A stretch of 64,000 nt of DNA from Candidatus Latescibacterota bacterium (lineage in GTDB: Bacteria; Latescibacterota; 4484-107). The number at the start of each line of letters is the position of its first letter. The first letter of the stretch is position 1. Positions 1-9,827 of this stretch are shown piece by piece. Location: positions 3,911-67,910 of the forward strand of contig JAZDJA010000297.1 of the NCBI GenBank assembly GCA_043804415.1, in the 5' to 3' direction. The notes under the pieces are model-generated. The model saw nothing but the letters and a program-made list of their open reading frames with translations. It did no database searches and had not been told where the DNA came from. Made by a program: the position numbers and the translations under genes.

Positions 1-1458
1 GTCTCCGAGGTGATCCTCGATGCCCAGCATGTCCGTCAACAGCAGGAAGCGCGCTCCGTCCTGAATGAGTCCAATGGAGACTCCGGCCACCGGTGCCTTG
101 ATGGGCACGCCCGCATCCAGGAGAGAAAGGATCCCGGCGCAGACGGTTGCCTGCGAGGAGGAGGCGTTGGATTCCAGGATGTCGGATACGATCCGGATGG
201 TGTAGGGGAACAGTTCGTCGTTGGGAATAACGGGCTGGATGGCGCGTTCTGCCAGTGCTCCGTGTCCGATATCCCGCCGGGACGGGCCCCGAAGGGGTTT
301 TACCTCGCCCACGCTAAACGGGGGGAAGTTATAGTGGAGCATGTAGTTTTTCCACGATTGGCCTTCCAGGGACTCGATCTTCTGCTCGTCCATCTTGGTC
401 CCCAGCGTGGTTACCGCAAGGCTCTGGGTTTGTCCTCGGGTGAAGATGGCCGAGCCGTGCGTTCTGGGCAGAACGCCCACCTCGCAGGTAATCGAGCGGA
501 TATCGTCCACTCCCCGCCCATCCACGCGACGTCCTTCCTCCAGGATCATCCGGCGGAGCTCGTGTTTCTCGACGTCTTCGAGCGCGTTCTTGATCGCCTG
601 CTCCCGCTCTGGAAAGTCTTGGGCGAGCGCCGCAAGGACTTCCTTGGCCACGCAATCCAGGGCGAGCTTTTGCTCCTGTTTGTCCTCAATGCGGTATGCG
701 GCGGCGATTCTATTCTGCGCGGCTTGGCCCACGGAGCTTCTCAGTTCTGGATCTTCGTGGATCTCCGGCGGCGCGTGCTTCGTTTTTCCGCACGCCCGCA
801 CCAGTTCCTCCTGAAGCTCCGCGATGCGGCGGATCTCCTCCATGGCCATTTGGACCGCTTGGGCGACCGGCTCTTCGGAGACCTCATGAAGCCCTGCCTC
901 CATCATGGTGATCTGGTCCGTGTGGCCCGCTACCACGATATCCCCCCGGCCCTCCGCTCGTTGTGAAAACGTGGGATTGAGGATGAGTCCGTCGTCCGTC
1001 ACTCCGATCCGCACCGCTCCGGTGGCCAGATCGAAGGGGATCGAGGAAATTCTGAGGGCTGCGGAAGCGGCGATGATTCCGAGGACATCCGCATCGTTCT
1101 CCTGGTCCGAGGAGAGGACCATCAGCATAATCTGCACTTCGTCCATATATCCTTCCGGAAACAGCGGACGAAGAGGGCGGTCAATCAAGCGGCACGTCAA
1201 GGTTTCCTTCTCTGTGGGTCGGCCTTCGCGTCGGAAGAAACTCCCCGGGATCTTGCCCGCAGCATACATTTTCTCCCGGAAATCCACAAACAACGGGAAG
1301 AAGTCGTCTCCGTCCCTCGGTTTCGCGGACACGACCGTTGCCAGCAACACCGTATCCCCATACTGGGCCCAGACTGCCCCGTCGGCCTGTCGGGCCACAT
1401 GTCCGGACTCCAATGACAGGGTTCGGCCTCCTAGTTCCATTTCTACACGATGAGTCAT
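1..1458 (-). CDS. pnp: Polynucleotide phosphorylase (PNPase). It is a partial gene: the N-terminus starts at the ATG at 1458..1456, and the 3' end runs off the window start.
   Basis: Reverse-complement translation from the ATG at 1458 reads MTHRVEMELGGRTLSLESGHVARQADGAVWAQYGDTVLLATVV..., which is a typical PNPase N-terminus. A GAGG ribosome-binding site lies upstream. The gene sits immediately downstream of rpsO, as in the conserved rpsO-pnp arrangement. The listed plus-strand ORF 10..966 is the antisense shadow of this gene. Confidence 0.9.
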   Translation of the reverse strand, partial: MTHRVEMELGGRTLSLESGHVARQADGAVWAQYGDTVLLATVVSAKPRDGDDFFPLFVDFREKMYAAGKIPGSFFRREGRPTEKETLTCRLIDRPLRPLFPEGYMDEVQIMLMVLSSDQENDADVLGIIAASAALRISSIPFDLATGAVRIGVTDDGLILNPTFSQRAEGRGDIVVAGHTDQITMMEAGLHEVSEEPVAQAVQMAMEEIRRIAELQEELVRACGKTKHAPPEIHEDPELRSSVGQAAQNRIAAAYRIEDKQEQKLALDCVAKEVLAALAQDFPEREQAIKNALEDVEKHELRRMILEEGRRVDGRGVDDIRSITCEVGVLPRTHGSAIFTRGQTQSLAVTTLGTKMDEQKIESLEGQSWKNYMLHYNFPPFSVGEVKPLRGPSRRDIGHGALAERAIQPVIPNDELFPYTIRIVSDILESNASSSQATVCAGILSLLDAGVPIKAPVAGVSIGLIQDGARFLLLTDMLGIEDHLGD

Positions 1459-1497
1459 ATAATCTACCTCTTTTCTTTCTTTGTTGGTGGGTGATTG

Positions 1498-1552
1498 GTG
1501 AGGGGTGATGGGTGCGCAGATAATTGATTGCGGATTGCCATTCCCCACTCAC
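1498..1552 (-). promoter_or_regulatory. Hairpin in the rpsO-pnp intergenic region (rpsO terminator / RNase III-type processing hairpin)
   Basis: GGTGAGGGG pairs with CCCCaCTCAC, an imperfect 8-9 bp stem around a loop of about 35 nt, between the rpsO stop and the pnp ribosome-binding site. Confidence 0.3.
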
Positions 1553-1574
1553 GACTCATCCTTCGCTTCTGGGG

Positions 1575-1844
1575 TCAGCGTCTGAGTCCGAGCGTTGCGA
1601 TCAACGCCCTGTAGGCCATGACGTCCTTCTGTGTCAGATAGTTCAGCAGTCGCCGACGCTGTCCCACCATTTTCAGCAAGCCCCTTCGTGTATCGTGGTC
1701 TTTCGTGTGCGTCCGGAGGTGGTCCGTCAATTGGCGGATTCGCTCTGTCAAGAGAGCCACCTGAACCTCTGTAACCCCCGAGTCTTTTTCGTTTTTTCCG
1801 AAAGCTGCGATGAGCTCGATCTTCTTTTCTTTTGTCAGCGGCAT
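1575..1844 (-). CDS. rpsO: 30S ribosomal protein S15
   Basis: The C-terminal 89 aa of ORF 1575..2054 read [74 protein letters not shown]..., which is canonical S15. I chose the internal ATG at 1844 as the start. Confidence 0.92.
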   Translation of the reverse strand: MPLTKEKKIELIAAFGKNEKDSGVTEVQVALLTERIRQLTDHLRTHTKDHDTRRGLLKMVGQRRRLLNYLTQKDVMAYRALIATLGLRR

Positions 1845-1890
1845 CTTATTCTCCTTGAATGCAAGGTACTTGGTGGGCGTTTTCGACCCA

Positions 1891-2814
1891 TCATGGATGT
1901 AAGAGTGTTCTTGCGCGCTCGATATCTTTTGTGATCTGCCTGGACAGCGCTTCCGGACCCTCGAAGGTCCGTTCTGCCCGGATCTTCTCCACAAAATACG
2001 CTCGAACGGTTGCCCCGTAAATGGTTTCCTCAAAATCCAAGACGTGCACCTCAATCGCGCGTCCCGATCGGAAACTGGGCCTGAATCCGATGTTCATCAG
2101 CGCCGGGAAACGTGCTCCGTTCCATTCGGCCCACATGGCATACACCCCATCTCCGGGAAGGAGCTTTCTCGGATGATCTATTTTGAGGTTTGCGGTGGGA
2201 AAGCCAAGCCTTCTTCCCCGTCCGTCCCCCCAGATCACCTCTCCGGCCAAGCTGTAAGGGCGTCCCAGCAAACGAGACGCGTCTGCAACACGTCCCTCGC
2301 TGATCAATCGGCGGATGCGGGTGCTGCTGACCGGAGCCCCATCCACGATCAAGGGAGGGACCGCAGCCACTTCGAATCCGAAGCGTTCCCCAAGACGCTT
2401 TATGGACTGGAGGTTCCCGGAGCGTCCCCGACCGAAGGCGTGGTTGGTTCCGAGCACCACCACTTCGGCTCCGATGCCCTCCACCAAAATCTCCCGAACA
2501 AAGTCCTCAGCGTCCAACCGGGCCATTTCTTCGTTGAAGGGCAGAAAGAGGGTCTCATCCATCTCCTCCTTCTGCAGCATCGCTATGCGCTCCGCCTTTG
2601 TGGTCAGCAGAAAGGGAGCCGATTCGGGAGCGATTACCGTTTGAGGATGCGGCTCGAATGTAAGTACGACGCTGGTGCCTTTTCGGATTTTCGCCTTGCA
2701 GCGCATCTCCCGAAGAATTTCCTGATGTCCCAAGTGAACGCCGTCGTAGGTGCCCACTGTTACTACGGGATGGTCCAGGGAAGGAAAAGAGTCTATGCGA
2801 TCTATGATCTTCAT
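1891..2814 (-). CDS. ribF: Bifunctional riboflavin kinase / FMN adenylyltransferase
   Basis: The 307 aa product carries the N-terminal nucleotidyltransferase motif ([11 protein letters not shown]) and the C-terminal riboflavin kinase region (GFPTANL). It occupies the conserved position between truB and rpsO. Confidence 0.9.
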   Translation of the reverse strand: MKIIDRIDSFPSLDHPVVTVGTYDGVHLGHQEILREMRCKAKIRKGTSVVLTFEPHPQTVIAPESAPFLLTTKAERIAMLQKEEMDETLFLPFNEEMARLDAEDFVREILVEGIGAEVVVLGTNHAFGRGRSGNLQSIKRLGERFGFEVAAVPPLIVDGAPVSSTRIRRLISEGRVADASRLLGRPYSLAGEVIWGDGRGRRLGFPTANLKIDHPRKLLPGDGVYAMWAEWNGARFPALMNIGFRPSFRSGRAIEVHVLDFEETIYGATVRAYFVEKIRAERTFEGPEALSRQITKDIERARTLLHP

Positions 2815-2883
2815 GCACTCTGTCGGTGATAGGGGGTTGGGGAGCCGGTGTCAGATTGCCATGAAGGTCCCGCAGGTCGCAGG

Positions 2884-3765
2884 TCAGGAAAGAACGCAAA
2901 CCGGTTTGAGCACTTCTGAGCAGTGCGCGACGCCGAGAAAGTCGCCATGTGCTCCGATGACTCTTGCGGTTTCCTCGCCGGGCCTGTCTTCCAGGACATC
3001 CCACTGATGTACAGGTGCGCCGTTTCGGAAGCGCGCTTCTTCGGTTTCCGAGAGCTGCACCCGAAGGAGCGGACTGAGCGCCTCGTTCATAGAGAGCACA
3101 TGCGCCCCCATCGTGCCGTCCTTTGCGCAGGAGGCAACCTGGCTTACGGAGAGGCTTTGCGTTTCGTCAAACGGCCCGCATCGCGTCCGCCTGAGCGCTG
3201 CAAGATGTGCACCCGGCCCCAGCCTTTCGCCCAGGTCGTGGGCCAGCGCGCGGATATACGTGCCTTTTGAGCAGACGACCCGGATGTGGAGGATCGGGGC
3301 TCGATAGCTCAGGATCCTCAATTCAGAGAGGGTTACTGTTCTCGGCTTTCTGGCGATCTCCTGTCCCTTGCGGGCGAGTTCATAGAGTTTCGTGCCGGCT
3401 ACTTTAACCGCAGAAAACATCGGAGGGATCTGCTCAATGCTCCCCCGAAAGTGCTCGCACGCGGCTTCGAGTTCGGGCATCGTGAAGTTCGGCACTTCCG
3501 TGGTCTTTTCGACCCTGCCCTCGGCATCGAAGCTATCGGTCGTGATCCCCAGCCGGACTTGGGCAGTATAGGATTTCTCGTCCGTGTCCAGAAATTGGAT
3601 GATCCGCGTGGCCCGCCCCAGACAGATCACCAGGACGCCGACGGCCATTGGATCGAGTGTTCCGGTGTGTCCCACGCTCTTTTGACTTAGGATCTTCCGA
3701 ATGCGAGCCACTACATCGTGCGAGGTCCATCTCTGCTCCTTGTCAACAATGAGAACGCCGTCCAT
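2884..3765 (-). CDS. truB: tRNA pseudouridine(55) synthase
   Basis: The 293 aa product starts MDGVLIVDKEQRWTSHDVVARIRKIL and contains the catalytic motif GHTGTLDP. Operon position is consistent. Confidence 0.9.
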   Translation of the reverse strand: MDGVLIVDKEQRWTSHDVVARIRKILSQKSVGHTGTLDPMAVGVLVICLGRATRIIQFLDTDEKSYTAQVRLGITTDSFDAEGRVEKTTEVPNFTMPELEAACEHFRGSIEQIPPMFSAVKVAGTKLYELARKGQEIARKPRTVTLSELRILSYRAPILHIRVVCSKGTYIRALAHDLGERLGPGAHLAALRRTRCGPFDETQSLSVSQVASCAKDGTMGAHVLSMNEALSPLLRVQLSETEEARFRNGAPVHQWDVLEDRPGEETARVIGAHGDFLGVAHCSEVLKPVCVLS

Positions 3766-3863
3766 CGGGACCTCGTGAAAATGCCTTCAGCGAAGCTCCC
3801 CAGCCAAAAATGTGCAGGACCCTTTCAGGCTGCTTTGACTTGGGGGTTGGAATGTGGCGGGGG

Positions 3864-4214
3864 TCATTCCTCATCGTGGATGATGTTTCTCAAGAGCGCG
3901 TCCATTCGGGTGCCTCGCTCCACAGAGTCATCATACCGGAAGGAGAGCTCCGGGATTCTCCGAAGCGTGAGTAACCTTCCCAATTCCCGGCGAAGGAATC
4001 CTCCCGCGCTGTGCAACCCCTCCAGGGTCTGGGCCCGCAGGGTCTCATCATCTCCCATAACGCTAACAAAGATCTTGGCATATCGCAGATCCTGCGTCAC
4101 CTCTACGCCGGTGATCGTCACAAATCCAATGCGAGGGTCCTTCAGCTTTCTGATCAGGAGGCTGATCTCTTCCTGTAGCAAGTCATTTACGCGATCTGCG
4201 CGTTTGTATTCCAT
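3864..4214 (-). CDS. rbfA: Ribosome-binding factor A
   Basis: ORF 3864..4247 (127 aa). The start is probably the internal M at residue 12 (MEYKRADRVNDLLQEEISLLI), which aligns with the E. coli RbfA N-terminus. It lies between infB and truB. Confidence 0.85.
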   Translation of the reverse strand: MEYKRADRVNDLLQEEISLLIRKLKDPRIGFVTITGVEVTQDLRYAKIFVSVMGDDETLRAQTLEGLHSAGGFLRRELGRLLTLRRIPELSFRYDDSVERGTRMDALLRNIIHDEE

Positions 4215-4318
4215 CAGATCAATACCTGTTTCTCGTTGTGCGTGCAAAGATCGCCGGGAGAGGTAAAATGGTCCCCGTGATTTTCGTGTACTGCGGGAAA
4301 GCCCATCGCATTTTTCGA

Positions 4319-6892
4319 TCAGTCCAGATGCCGTGCGGTCTCCACCACCTCAAAGGCCTCGATCATGTCGCCGAGTTTCAGGTCGTTGAAGTTGGCTACG
4401 CCGATTCCGCACTCGTATCCCGTAGCGACTTCCCGCACATCGTCCTTGAATCGCCTCAGGGAGGTTATTTTGCCCTCGAAGATGACCACATGGTCCCGAA
4501 GGACGCGCGCTGATGCGTTGCGCCGGAGGGTGCCGGATTGCACATAGGATCCTGCAATCACTCCTATGGAGGGCACCCGGAAGATCTCCCGGATTGTGGC
4601 CGCTCCGAGGATGTTCTCACTGATCTCCGGAGGAAGAAGACCGGACAGGGCCGCCTTCACATCCTCCACGGTTTCATAGATGACCCGATACAGACGAATG
4701 TCCACGTGTTCCCGCGCTGCCAGCTCCCTGGCTCGCACATCCGGGCGCACGTGGAAACCGATTACAATGGCATCCGATGCAGCGGCCAGCAACACGTCGG
4801 ATTCGGAGATTGCGCCCACGCCCGAATGGATCACCTTGATGCGCACCTCTTCGGTGCTCAATTCCATCAAGGCGCTGCTCAAAGCCTCCACGGAGCCGTC
4901 CACGTCAGCCTTCAGGATGAGACCGAGATCCTTGACCTGACCCTCCTCGATCCGACGGTGGAAGTCCGCCAAGGTCATCCGATGTTCCCTGCGGCGAGCG
5001 TCGTGCTCGGCCTTCAATTGTCGGCGCTTTTGACTGATTTCGCGGGCCTTTCGCTCCTCGGCAAGAACGATGAACGAATCCCCGGCCTGCGGTACGCTTT
5101 CTATACCCAATACCTGCACCGGCGTCGATGGGCCTGCTTCCGCTATGCCTTGTCCCCGCTCATCCAATAGGGCTCGCACCCTACCGCTGCAAAGCCCTGT
5201 GACAAAGGCGTCGCCCACCCGCAAGGTCCCATCCTGGATTAGAACCGTGGCCACCGCTCCGCGTCCGGGATGCAACTCGGCTTCAATAATGACGCCGCGC
5301 GCCTTCCGGTCCGGGTTGGCGGTCAACTCCATCAGCTCCGCCTCCAAAAGTACCATTTCCAAAAGTCGCTCAATGCCCGCCCCGGTCTTGGCGGAAACCT
5401 CCACAGTGATCGTCTTTCCCCCCCATTCCTCCACCAGAACCCCGCGATGAGAGAGCTCCTGTCGAATCCGCTCAGGATCCGAGGTAGGCAGGTCGATCTT
5501 GTTGATGGCCACCACAATGGGTACCTCGGCCGCCCTGGCATGGTCTATTGCCTCGATGGTCTGGGGCATGACGTGATCGTCCGCTGCAACAACCAGGATC
5601 ACGATGTCTGTTGCCTGGGCACCTCTGGAACGCATCGCCGTGAACGCCTCGTGGCCCGGGGTATCCAGAAAGGCGATCTTTCCGCCCGCCAACTTCACCT
5701 CGTATGCGCCAATATGCTGGGTGATGCCCCCGGATTCTCCCGCCACTACGTTCGTCCGCCGGATCGTATCCAACAGCGACGTTTTTCCATGATCCACATG
5801 TCCCATAACCGTAACCACTGGCCCTCTTGGAAGTTCAGGCCCGGTTCTTTCTTCTTCCTCCCCAGCGAAGAGATTCTCGGTGTACTCTTCCAGGACCTCC
5901 ACATCGTATCCGAATTCATCGGCCACCATGGTGAGGGTCTCCACATCCAGACGCTGGTTGATGGAGACCATCAGTCCCATCTCAAGACACCGGGCGATTA
6001 CCTCCGAGGCAATCACGCCCATTTGATCCGACAACTCCGCAATAGAGATAAACTCGCTGGCCCGAATCACATTCCGAATCTCCTCCGGTTTCTGCTCGGT
6101 GGCATGCTGGACCTGCGTTTTTCTGCGCCTTGAACGGGGCGCTCCCTCCATCTTTGTCAACGTCTTCCGAACGTTTGCAACGATCCCCTGCGTATCCTTC
6201 TCACGCCGCCGTCTCGGAGATGGGGTTCGCTCCTTGCCAGCCAGCAGACGTTTCTTGATATGCTCCCCATTCTGCTCTTCTTCGATGGGCTTTTCCCGAG
6301 TCGGTTTTCTTCGTTTTCGGCCTTCGCCCTTCCCGGACTCTCCCGTGTCTCCCGGGAGGCGAGGTCGATCCCTTTGGGGTCTGGGGCCTTCCCTTGATGG
6401 GCGCGCGGCTCCGCTTGGCGGTCGGGGACCGTCCTTTGACGGGCGCGCGTTCTCCCTTTGGGGTCTGGGACCTTCCCTTGAGGGACGAGCGGCTCCGCTT
6501 GGCGGTCGCGGACCTTCCCTTGAGGGACGAGCGGCTCCGCTTGGCGGTCGGGGACCGTCCTTTGATGGGTGCGCGGTTTCCTTTGGGGCCTGGGGACCTT
6601 CCTTGGATGGGCGGGATCGTTCCTCCGGATCTGTCCGTGGACGTTCCCTCCGTGCGGGTGCTGGTCTCTTGGCAGGCTCCTCCCGCTTCTGGCGGTCCGT
6701 ACGCACTTTCATCTCTCTGCGGGAAGTTTCTCGTTCCTCCTCAAATCTCCGCTCAATCCAACCCAGCATATCATCCGTCATCACACTCATGTGACTTCGC
6801 GCCTCAAAACCCTTCTCCCGGAGCATACTGAGCAACGCTTCGCTGGACAGATGATTTTGTTTGGCCACTTCATAAATGCGTGTTTTCGCCAT
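4319..6892 (-). CDS. infB: Translation initiation factor IF-2
   Basis: The 857 aa product contains the GTPase G-domain ([16 protein letters not shown]) and the C-terminal IF-2 domains. An N-terminal low-complexity tandem repeat is present. It occupies the nusA-infB operon position. Confidence 0.95.
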   Translation of the reverse strand: MAKTRIYEVAKQNHLSSEALLSMLREKGFEARSHMSVMTDDMLGWIERRFEEERETSRREMKVRTDRQKREEPAKRPAPARRERPRTDPEERSRPSKEGPQAPKETAHPSKDGPRPPSGAARPSREGPRPPSGAARPSREGPRPQRENARPSKDGPRPPSGAARPSREGPRPQRDRPRLPGDTGESGKGEGRKRRKPTREKPIEEEQNGEHIKKRLLAGKERTPSPRRRREKDTQGIVANVRKTLTKMEGAPRSRRRKTQVQHATEQKPEEIRNVIRASEFISIAELSDQMGVIASEVIARCLEMGLMVSINQRLDVETLTMVADEFGYDVEVLEEYTENLFAGEEEERTGPELPRGPVVTVMGHVDHGKTSLLDTIRRTNVVAGESGGITQHIGAYEVKLAGGKIAFLDTPGHEAFTAMRSRGAQATDIVILVVAADDHVMPQTIEAIDHARAAEVPIVVAINKIDLPTSDPERIRQELSHRGVLVEEWGGKTITVEVSAKTGAGIERLLEMVLLEAELMELTANPDRKARGVIIEAELHPGRGAVATVLIQDGTLRVGDAFVTGLCSGRVRALLDERGQGIAEAGPSTPVQVLGIESVPQAGDSFIVLAEERKAREISQKRRQLKAEHDARRREHRMTLADFHRRIEEGQVKDLGLILKADVDGSVEALSSALMELSTEEVRIKVIHSGVGAISESDVLLAAASDAIVIGFHVRPDVRARELAAREHVDIRLYRVIYETVEDVKAALSGLLPPEISENILGAATIREIFRVPSIGVIAGSYVQSGTLRRNASARVLRDHVVIFEGKITSLRRFKDDVREVATGYECGIGVANFNDLKLGDMIEAFEVVETARHLD
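6358..6610 (-). repeat. In-frame tandem repeat inside infB. It encodes about 6 copies of a 13-14 aa unit ([14 protein letters not shown] / [14 protein letters not shown]).
   Basis: Near-identical 39-42 nt units are visible in the DNA (ccttcccttgagggacgagcggctccgcttggcggtcg...). This is the proline/arginine-rich linker of IF-2. Confidence 0.8.
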
Positions 6893-7063
6893 AAGCTTAC
6901 ACTCCCTCTAACCTTCAAATGCCAGATGCTGAAGCGCGATCCCGTTCGCTGCAGAATACCGCGGATGGAGAGGTACCTTATCCGGTTAGATGCCGGATAA
7001 AACCTTCTCCCTTTCCTTTGGGCAATTCCATTGGCAGTCACCGAACGGGGCAAGGGAGAAGGT

Positions 7064-7654
7064 TCAAGATCTGACGACAGTCGAAACTTGCAGGATTGCC
7101 CCGGCCAAATGGACATCCCGAACAAGAAGCGCGGATCGCGCCGATTTCCCAACCCATCGCCCGAGATCCTCTTTGGTCCCAATGATCACCATCGGGACCC
7201 CTTTCCCCTGCGACAATCCTGCGAAACGGGCTCTAATCGATTCGCTCACATCCTCCGCCAATACGATGAGATGTCCCTTCCCGCTGTTGAGGGCCTGGCG
7301 GCACATCGCTCCTCCGGAGATGACCTGTCTGGCCCGGGCCGCCAACCCCACGTATCCCCCCACTCGATCGATGATCGCTTGTCCGGGTTTGGCGGCTGGT
7401 ATCACAACGTTCCTCCGTTGAATAGCAAAAGCCAAAAGCCCGGTGGTTGTGCGAGAGGCGTTCAGCCCTCTGGTCGATCCTCGGTCCAAGGGGTTTTGGA
7501 ACCAGGACCGAAGGCACGCCGGGTTTCTGAATCCCTGCACGGGGCAAAAAGGGGGAAGAGATTCCCTTTGCGCCATCGGAAGAAAAGGAATTCGCTTCGC
7601 CCGAAAGGACAGGAGCGGAACAGGGCAATTTATCTTGCCATCATTCGGTAGCAA
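7064..7654 (-). CDS. RNA-binding protein of the L7Ae/YlxQ family with an N-terminal extension that may be a YlxR (DUF448)-like module. It is either a fusion or two genes in the nusA-infB spacer.
   Basis: The C-terminal approximately 80 aa (KGHLIVLAEDVSESIRARFAGLSQGKGVPMVIIGTKEDLGRWVGKSARSAL) match the L7Ae/L30e-like YlxQ fold. The N-terminal part contains a C-x3-G...RG-rich segment only loosely resembling YlxR. The position between nusA and infB matches ylxR-ylxQ in other bacteria. The true start is uncertain: alternatives are M at 7576 or M at about 7306 for an L7Ae-only product. Confidence 0.55.
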   Translation of the reverse strand: MLPNDGKINCPVPLLSFRAKRIPFLPMAQRESLPPFCPVQGFRNPACLRSWFQNPLDRGSTRGLNASRTTTGLLAFAIQRRNVVIPAAKPGQAIIDRVGGYVGLAARARQVISGGAMCRQALNSGKGHLIVLAEDVSESIRARFAGLSQGKGVPMVIIGTKEDLGRWVGKSARSALLVRDVHLAGAILQVSTVVRS

Positions 7655-8980
7655 TCAATTGTCGGCGGGCTCGCCTCCCCCCTCTTCCGGTGGGAGATCG
7701 CCTGGGGCCTTCTGAGCGGAGAGCCTGGTTTGTTCGGCCACGAGTGCGATGGCCTGATTGCGCAGGTCCTCGGCTTTCTTGGGTCCGAGCCCCGGGACCG
7801 CAGTCAGTTCGTCGATCGACGTGCGCGCCAGTTTCTCCACGGTCAGAATCTTATGGAAAAACAGATCCTCAGCCAGCTTTTTTCCGATTCCCTTCAGATC
7901 CTCCTGGAGCTGCTGTTTCATCCGTTCGGCGCGTGCCAGACGATCCCCATATTGTTCCTCGCTAAGGATGTCAATCTTCCAGTCTTCCAGAAGATTTGCT
8001 GCCAGGCGCGCGTTTTGACCGGCTCTCCCAATGGCCAGGGAAAGCTGATCCTCATCCACAATGGCGATCAGTCGCGGTTCGTTGGGCACACGCTCCACCC
8101 GTTTTACCTCAGCCGGACTCAGCGCGCGGCGAAGAAACACCTCTGGCTCCGGGTCCCACGGGATGATGTCAATGCGCTCGTTGCTCAACTCGCGCACGAT
8201 GCTTTGTACCCGCGTTCCCTTCATGCCCACGCATGCGCCCACGGGATCCACCCGGTTGTCTGTGGAGCTGACTGCAATCTTGGAGCGCTCCCCAGGAACC
8301 CGGGCAATCGCTTTGACCGCAACAATACCCTCGTAGATTTCCGGGACCTCAATTTGCAGCAGTTTCTCCAGAAAACGAGGATGTGTCCTGGAAAGGATGA
8401 CCTGTGGCCCTTTGGAGGTTCTCTGTACATCGATGATATAGGCACGAATCGTATCTCCCTGCCGATATCGCTCCCGACGAATCTGTTCCTTGACGGGCAT
8501 CACCGCCTCCGTATGTCCCAGATTGACGATGACATCCCCACGGCTGACTTGCTGGACGGAGCCTGTCACAAGCTCCCCGATTTTCTCTGAGAATACCGCA
8601 AAAACCTTCTCTCGCTCTGCTTCCCGGATGCGCTGAATCAAGATTTGCTTGGCGGTCTGGATCGCATTTCTTCCAAAATCGGAGAAGTGTAGTTCCTCCA
8701 CCACCTTGCCTCCTACCTGGGCTTCCGGATCCAATATCCGTGCTTCTTTCAGGGAAATCTCTTCGTGCGAGGCCGCCTCCTCCTCCACCACGGACCGGGT
8801 CGCAAAAAGTCCGATCTCTCCGCGTTCTTCATTGATCGTCAGATGAATATGGTCGGCCGATCCGAAACGCCGCTTGGCCGCCGAAAGCAGCCCTGCCTGC
8901 AATGTCTCGATGATCAGGCCTTTGTCCACATTGCGTTCTCTGGCAATTTGCCCAAATGCCTCCAGGACTTCATAATTCAT
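7655..8980 (-). CDS. nusA: Transcription termination/antitermination factor NusA
   Basis: The ATG at 8980 is preceded by a GGAGG ribosome-binding site, and the N-terminus MNYEVLEAFGQIARERNV resembles E. coli MNKEIL. S1, KH (GACVGMKGTRVQ) and C-terminal HhH-like regions are present. The ORF-track start at 9088 is a GTG-extended shadow. Confidence 0.93.
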   Translation of the reverse strand: MNYEVLEAFGQIARERNVDKGLIIETLQAGLLSAAKRRFGSADHIHLTINEERGEIGLFATRSVVEEEAASHEEISLKEARILDPEAQVGGKVVEELHFSDFGRNAIQTAKQILIQRIREAEREKVFAVFSEKIGELVTGSVQQVSRGDVIVNLGHTEAVMPVKEQIRRERYRQGDTIRAYIIDVQRTSKGPQVILSRTHPRFLEKLLQIEVPEIYEGIVAVKAIARVPGERSKIAVSSTDNRVDPVGACVGMKGTRVQSIVRELSNERIDIIPWDPEPEVFLRRALSPAEVKRVERVPNEPRLIAIVDEDQLSLAIGRAGQNARLAANLLEDWKIDILSEEQYGDRLARAERMKQQLQEDLKGIGKKLAEDLFFHKILTVEKLARTSIDELTAVPGLGPKKAEDLRNQAIALVAEQTRLSAQKAPGDLPPEEGGGEPADN

Positions 8981-9087
8981 GCGAAAAACCTCCGGACCTG
9001 CATAGTGCTCGGATAGCGCCACGGGTGCGCTGTGGTCCTTCCTCCAGGGGAGTCCGGAGAAGGGAATCGTGGCACCAGGGGTCAGCA

Positions 9088-9615
9088 TCAGAATTGAACG
9101 GTTATCTTTCCTTCGTGAATATCTGAAAGTGGAATCTCGACCTGTTCGTTGTTGCTCTCCAGGGTCAGGGAGTGATCCTCGACCTTCTGGAGCCGTCCCG
9201 TTTTCTCAGCGGGCTGGATGCCTTCTTCCAGCGTCAGACGGATGTTTTGTCCCACAGCGCGCTGGAAGTCCCGCTCGGAGCGCAGGGGACGATCTATCCC
9301 AGGTGAGGATACTTCCAGCGAATACGACCCTTCAAAGAGCTGCTCCATGTCAAAAAGATCTTTCGCCTCGCGGGTGAACCGCGCGCAATCTTCCACCGTC
9401 ACCCCGCCCGGCTTATCGATAAATGCGGTGATCAGGGCATTCCGCCCCCTCTGAGAGACCTTCAGCTCCACCAGCTCGATCTCCTCGCCCTGCAACACGC
9501 CATCGAGTAATCGGTGAATCACCTCGTGCCTGCGGTCGTGGACCCCCATCATGCGCTCCTTCGGGCGAAATTCAGTCGAATTGTCCGGATAAGTAAAAGA
9601 GTGGGCGACGACCAC
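9088..9615 (-). CDS. rimP: Ribosome maturation factor RimP
   Basis: The 175 aa product contains LEVSSPGIDRPL, the RimP signature. It lies directly upstream of nusA. The start may instead be the internal MMGVHD at 9552. Confidence 0.85.
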   Translation of the reverse strand: MVVAHSFTYPDNSTEFRPKERMMGVHDRRHEVIHRLLDGVLQGEEIELVELKVSQRGRNALITAFIDKPGGVTVEDCARFTREAKDLFDMEQLFEGSYSLEVSSPGIDRPLRSERDFQRAVGQNIRLTLEEGIQPAEKTGRLQKVEDHSLTLESNNEQVEIPLSDIHEGKITVQF

Positions 9616-9827
9616 CCACTCTTGACAAAAGATAATACATTTTGTCTCTTAATGCAAGGGAAAAAATGGGATAGCCGGATAGGACAGGGGAGACGCGGGA
9701 CCCAGGGAGGACTTTGGCGAAACTTCCCCTGCAGGCGAAAGCGAGGAAAGAGGGGTTATCGAGGCTTCCTCGTGTTTCGCCTGTTTCTCTTTCGCGACAC
9801 CCGGGCGTCGCCTCTTTCCCTTTCCGT

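Noticed and set aside
10-966. 318 aa plus-strand ORF
   Set aside because: It is the antisense shadow of pnp. The translation is low-complexity (Arg/Leu/Gly-rich), and the reverse strand encodes textbook PNPase.
7233-7628. 131 aa minus-strand ORF overlapping the ylxR/L7Ae-like gene in another frame
   Set aside because: It is Gly/Arg/Ser-rich junk. The L7Ae-containing frame has clear homology.
9616-9827. Sigma-70 promoter for the rimP-nusA-infB operon (TTGCAT...TGTATTAT on the minus strand near 9640-9680)
   Set aside because: The hexamers are plausible, but the spacing and the extended -10 are imperfect. I cannot distinguish it from chance in an AT-richer spacer.
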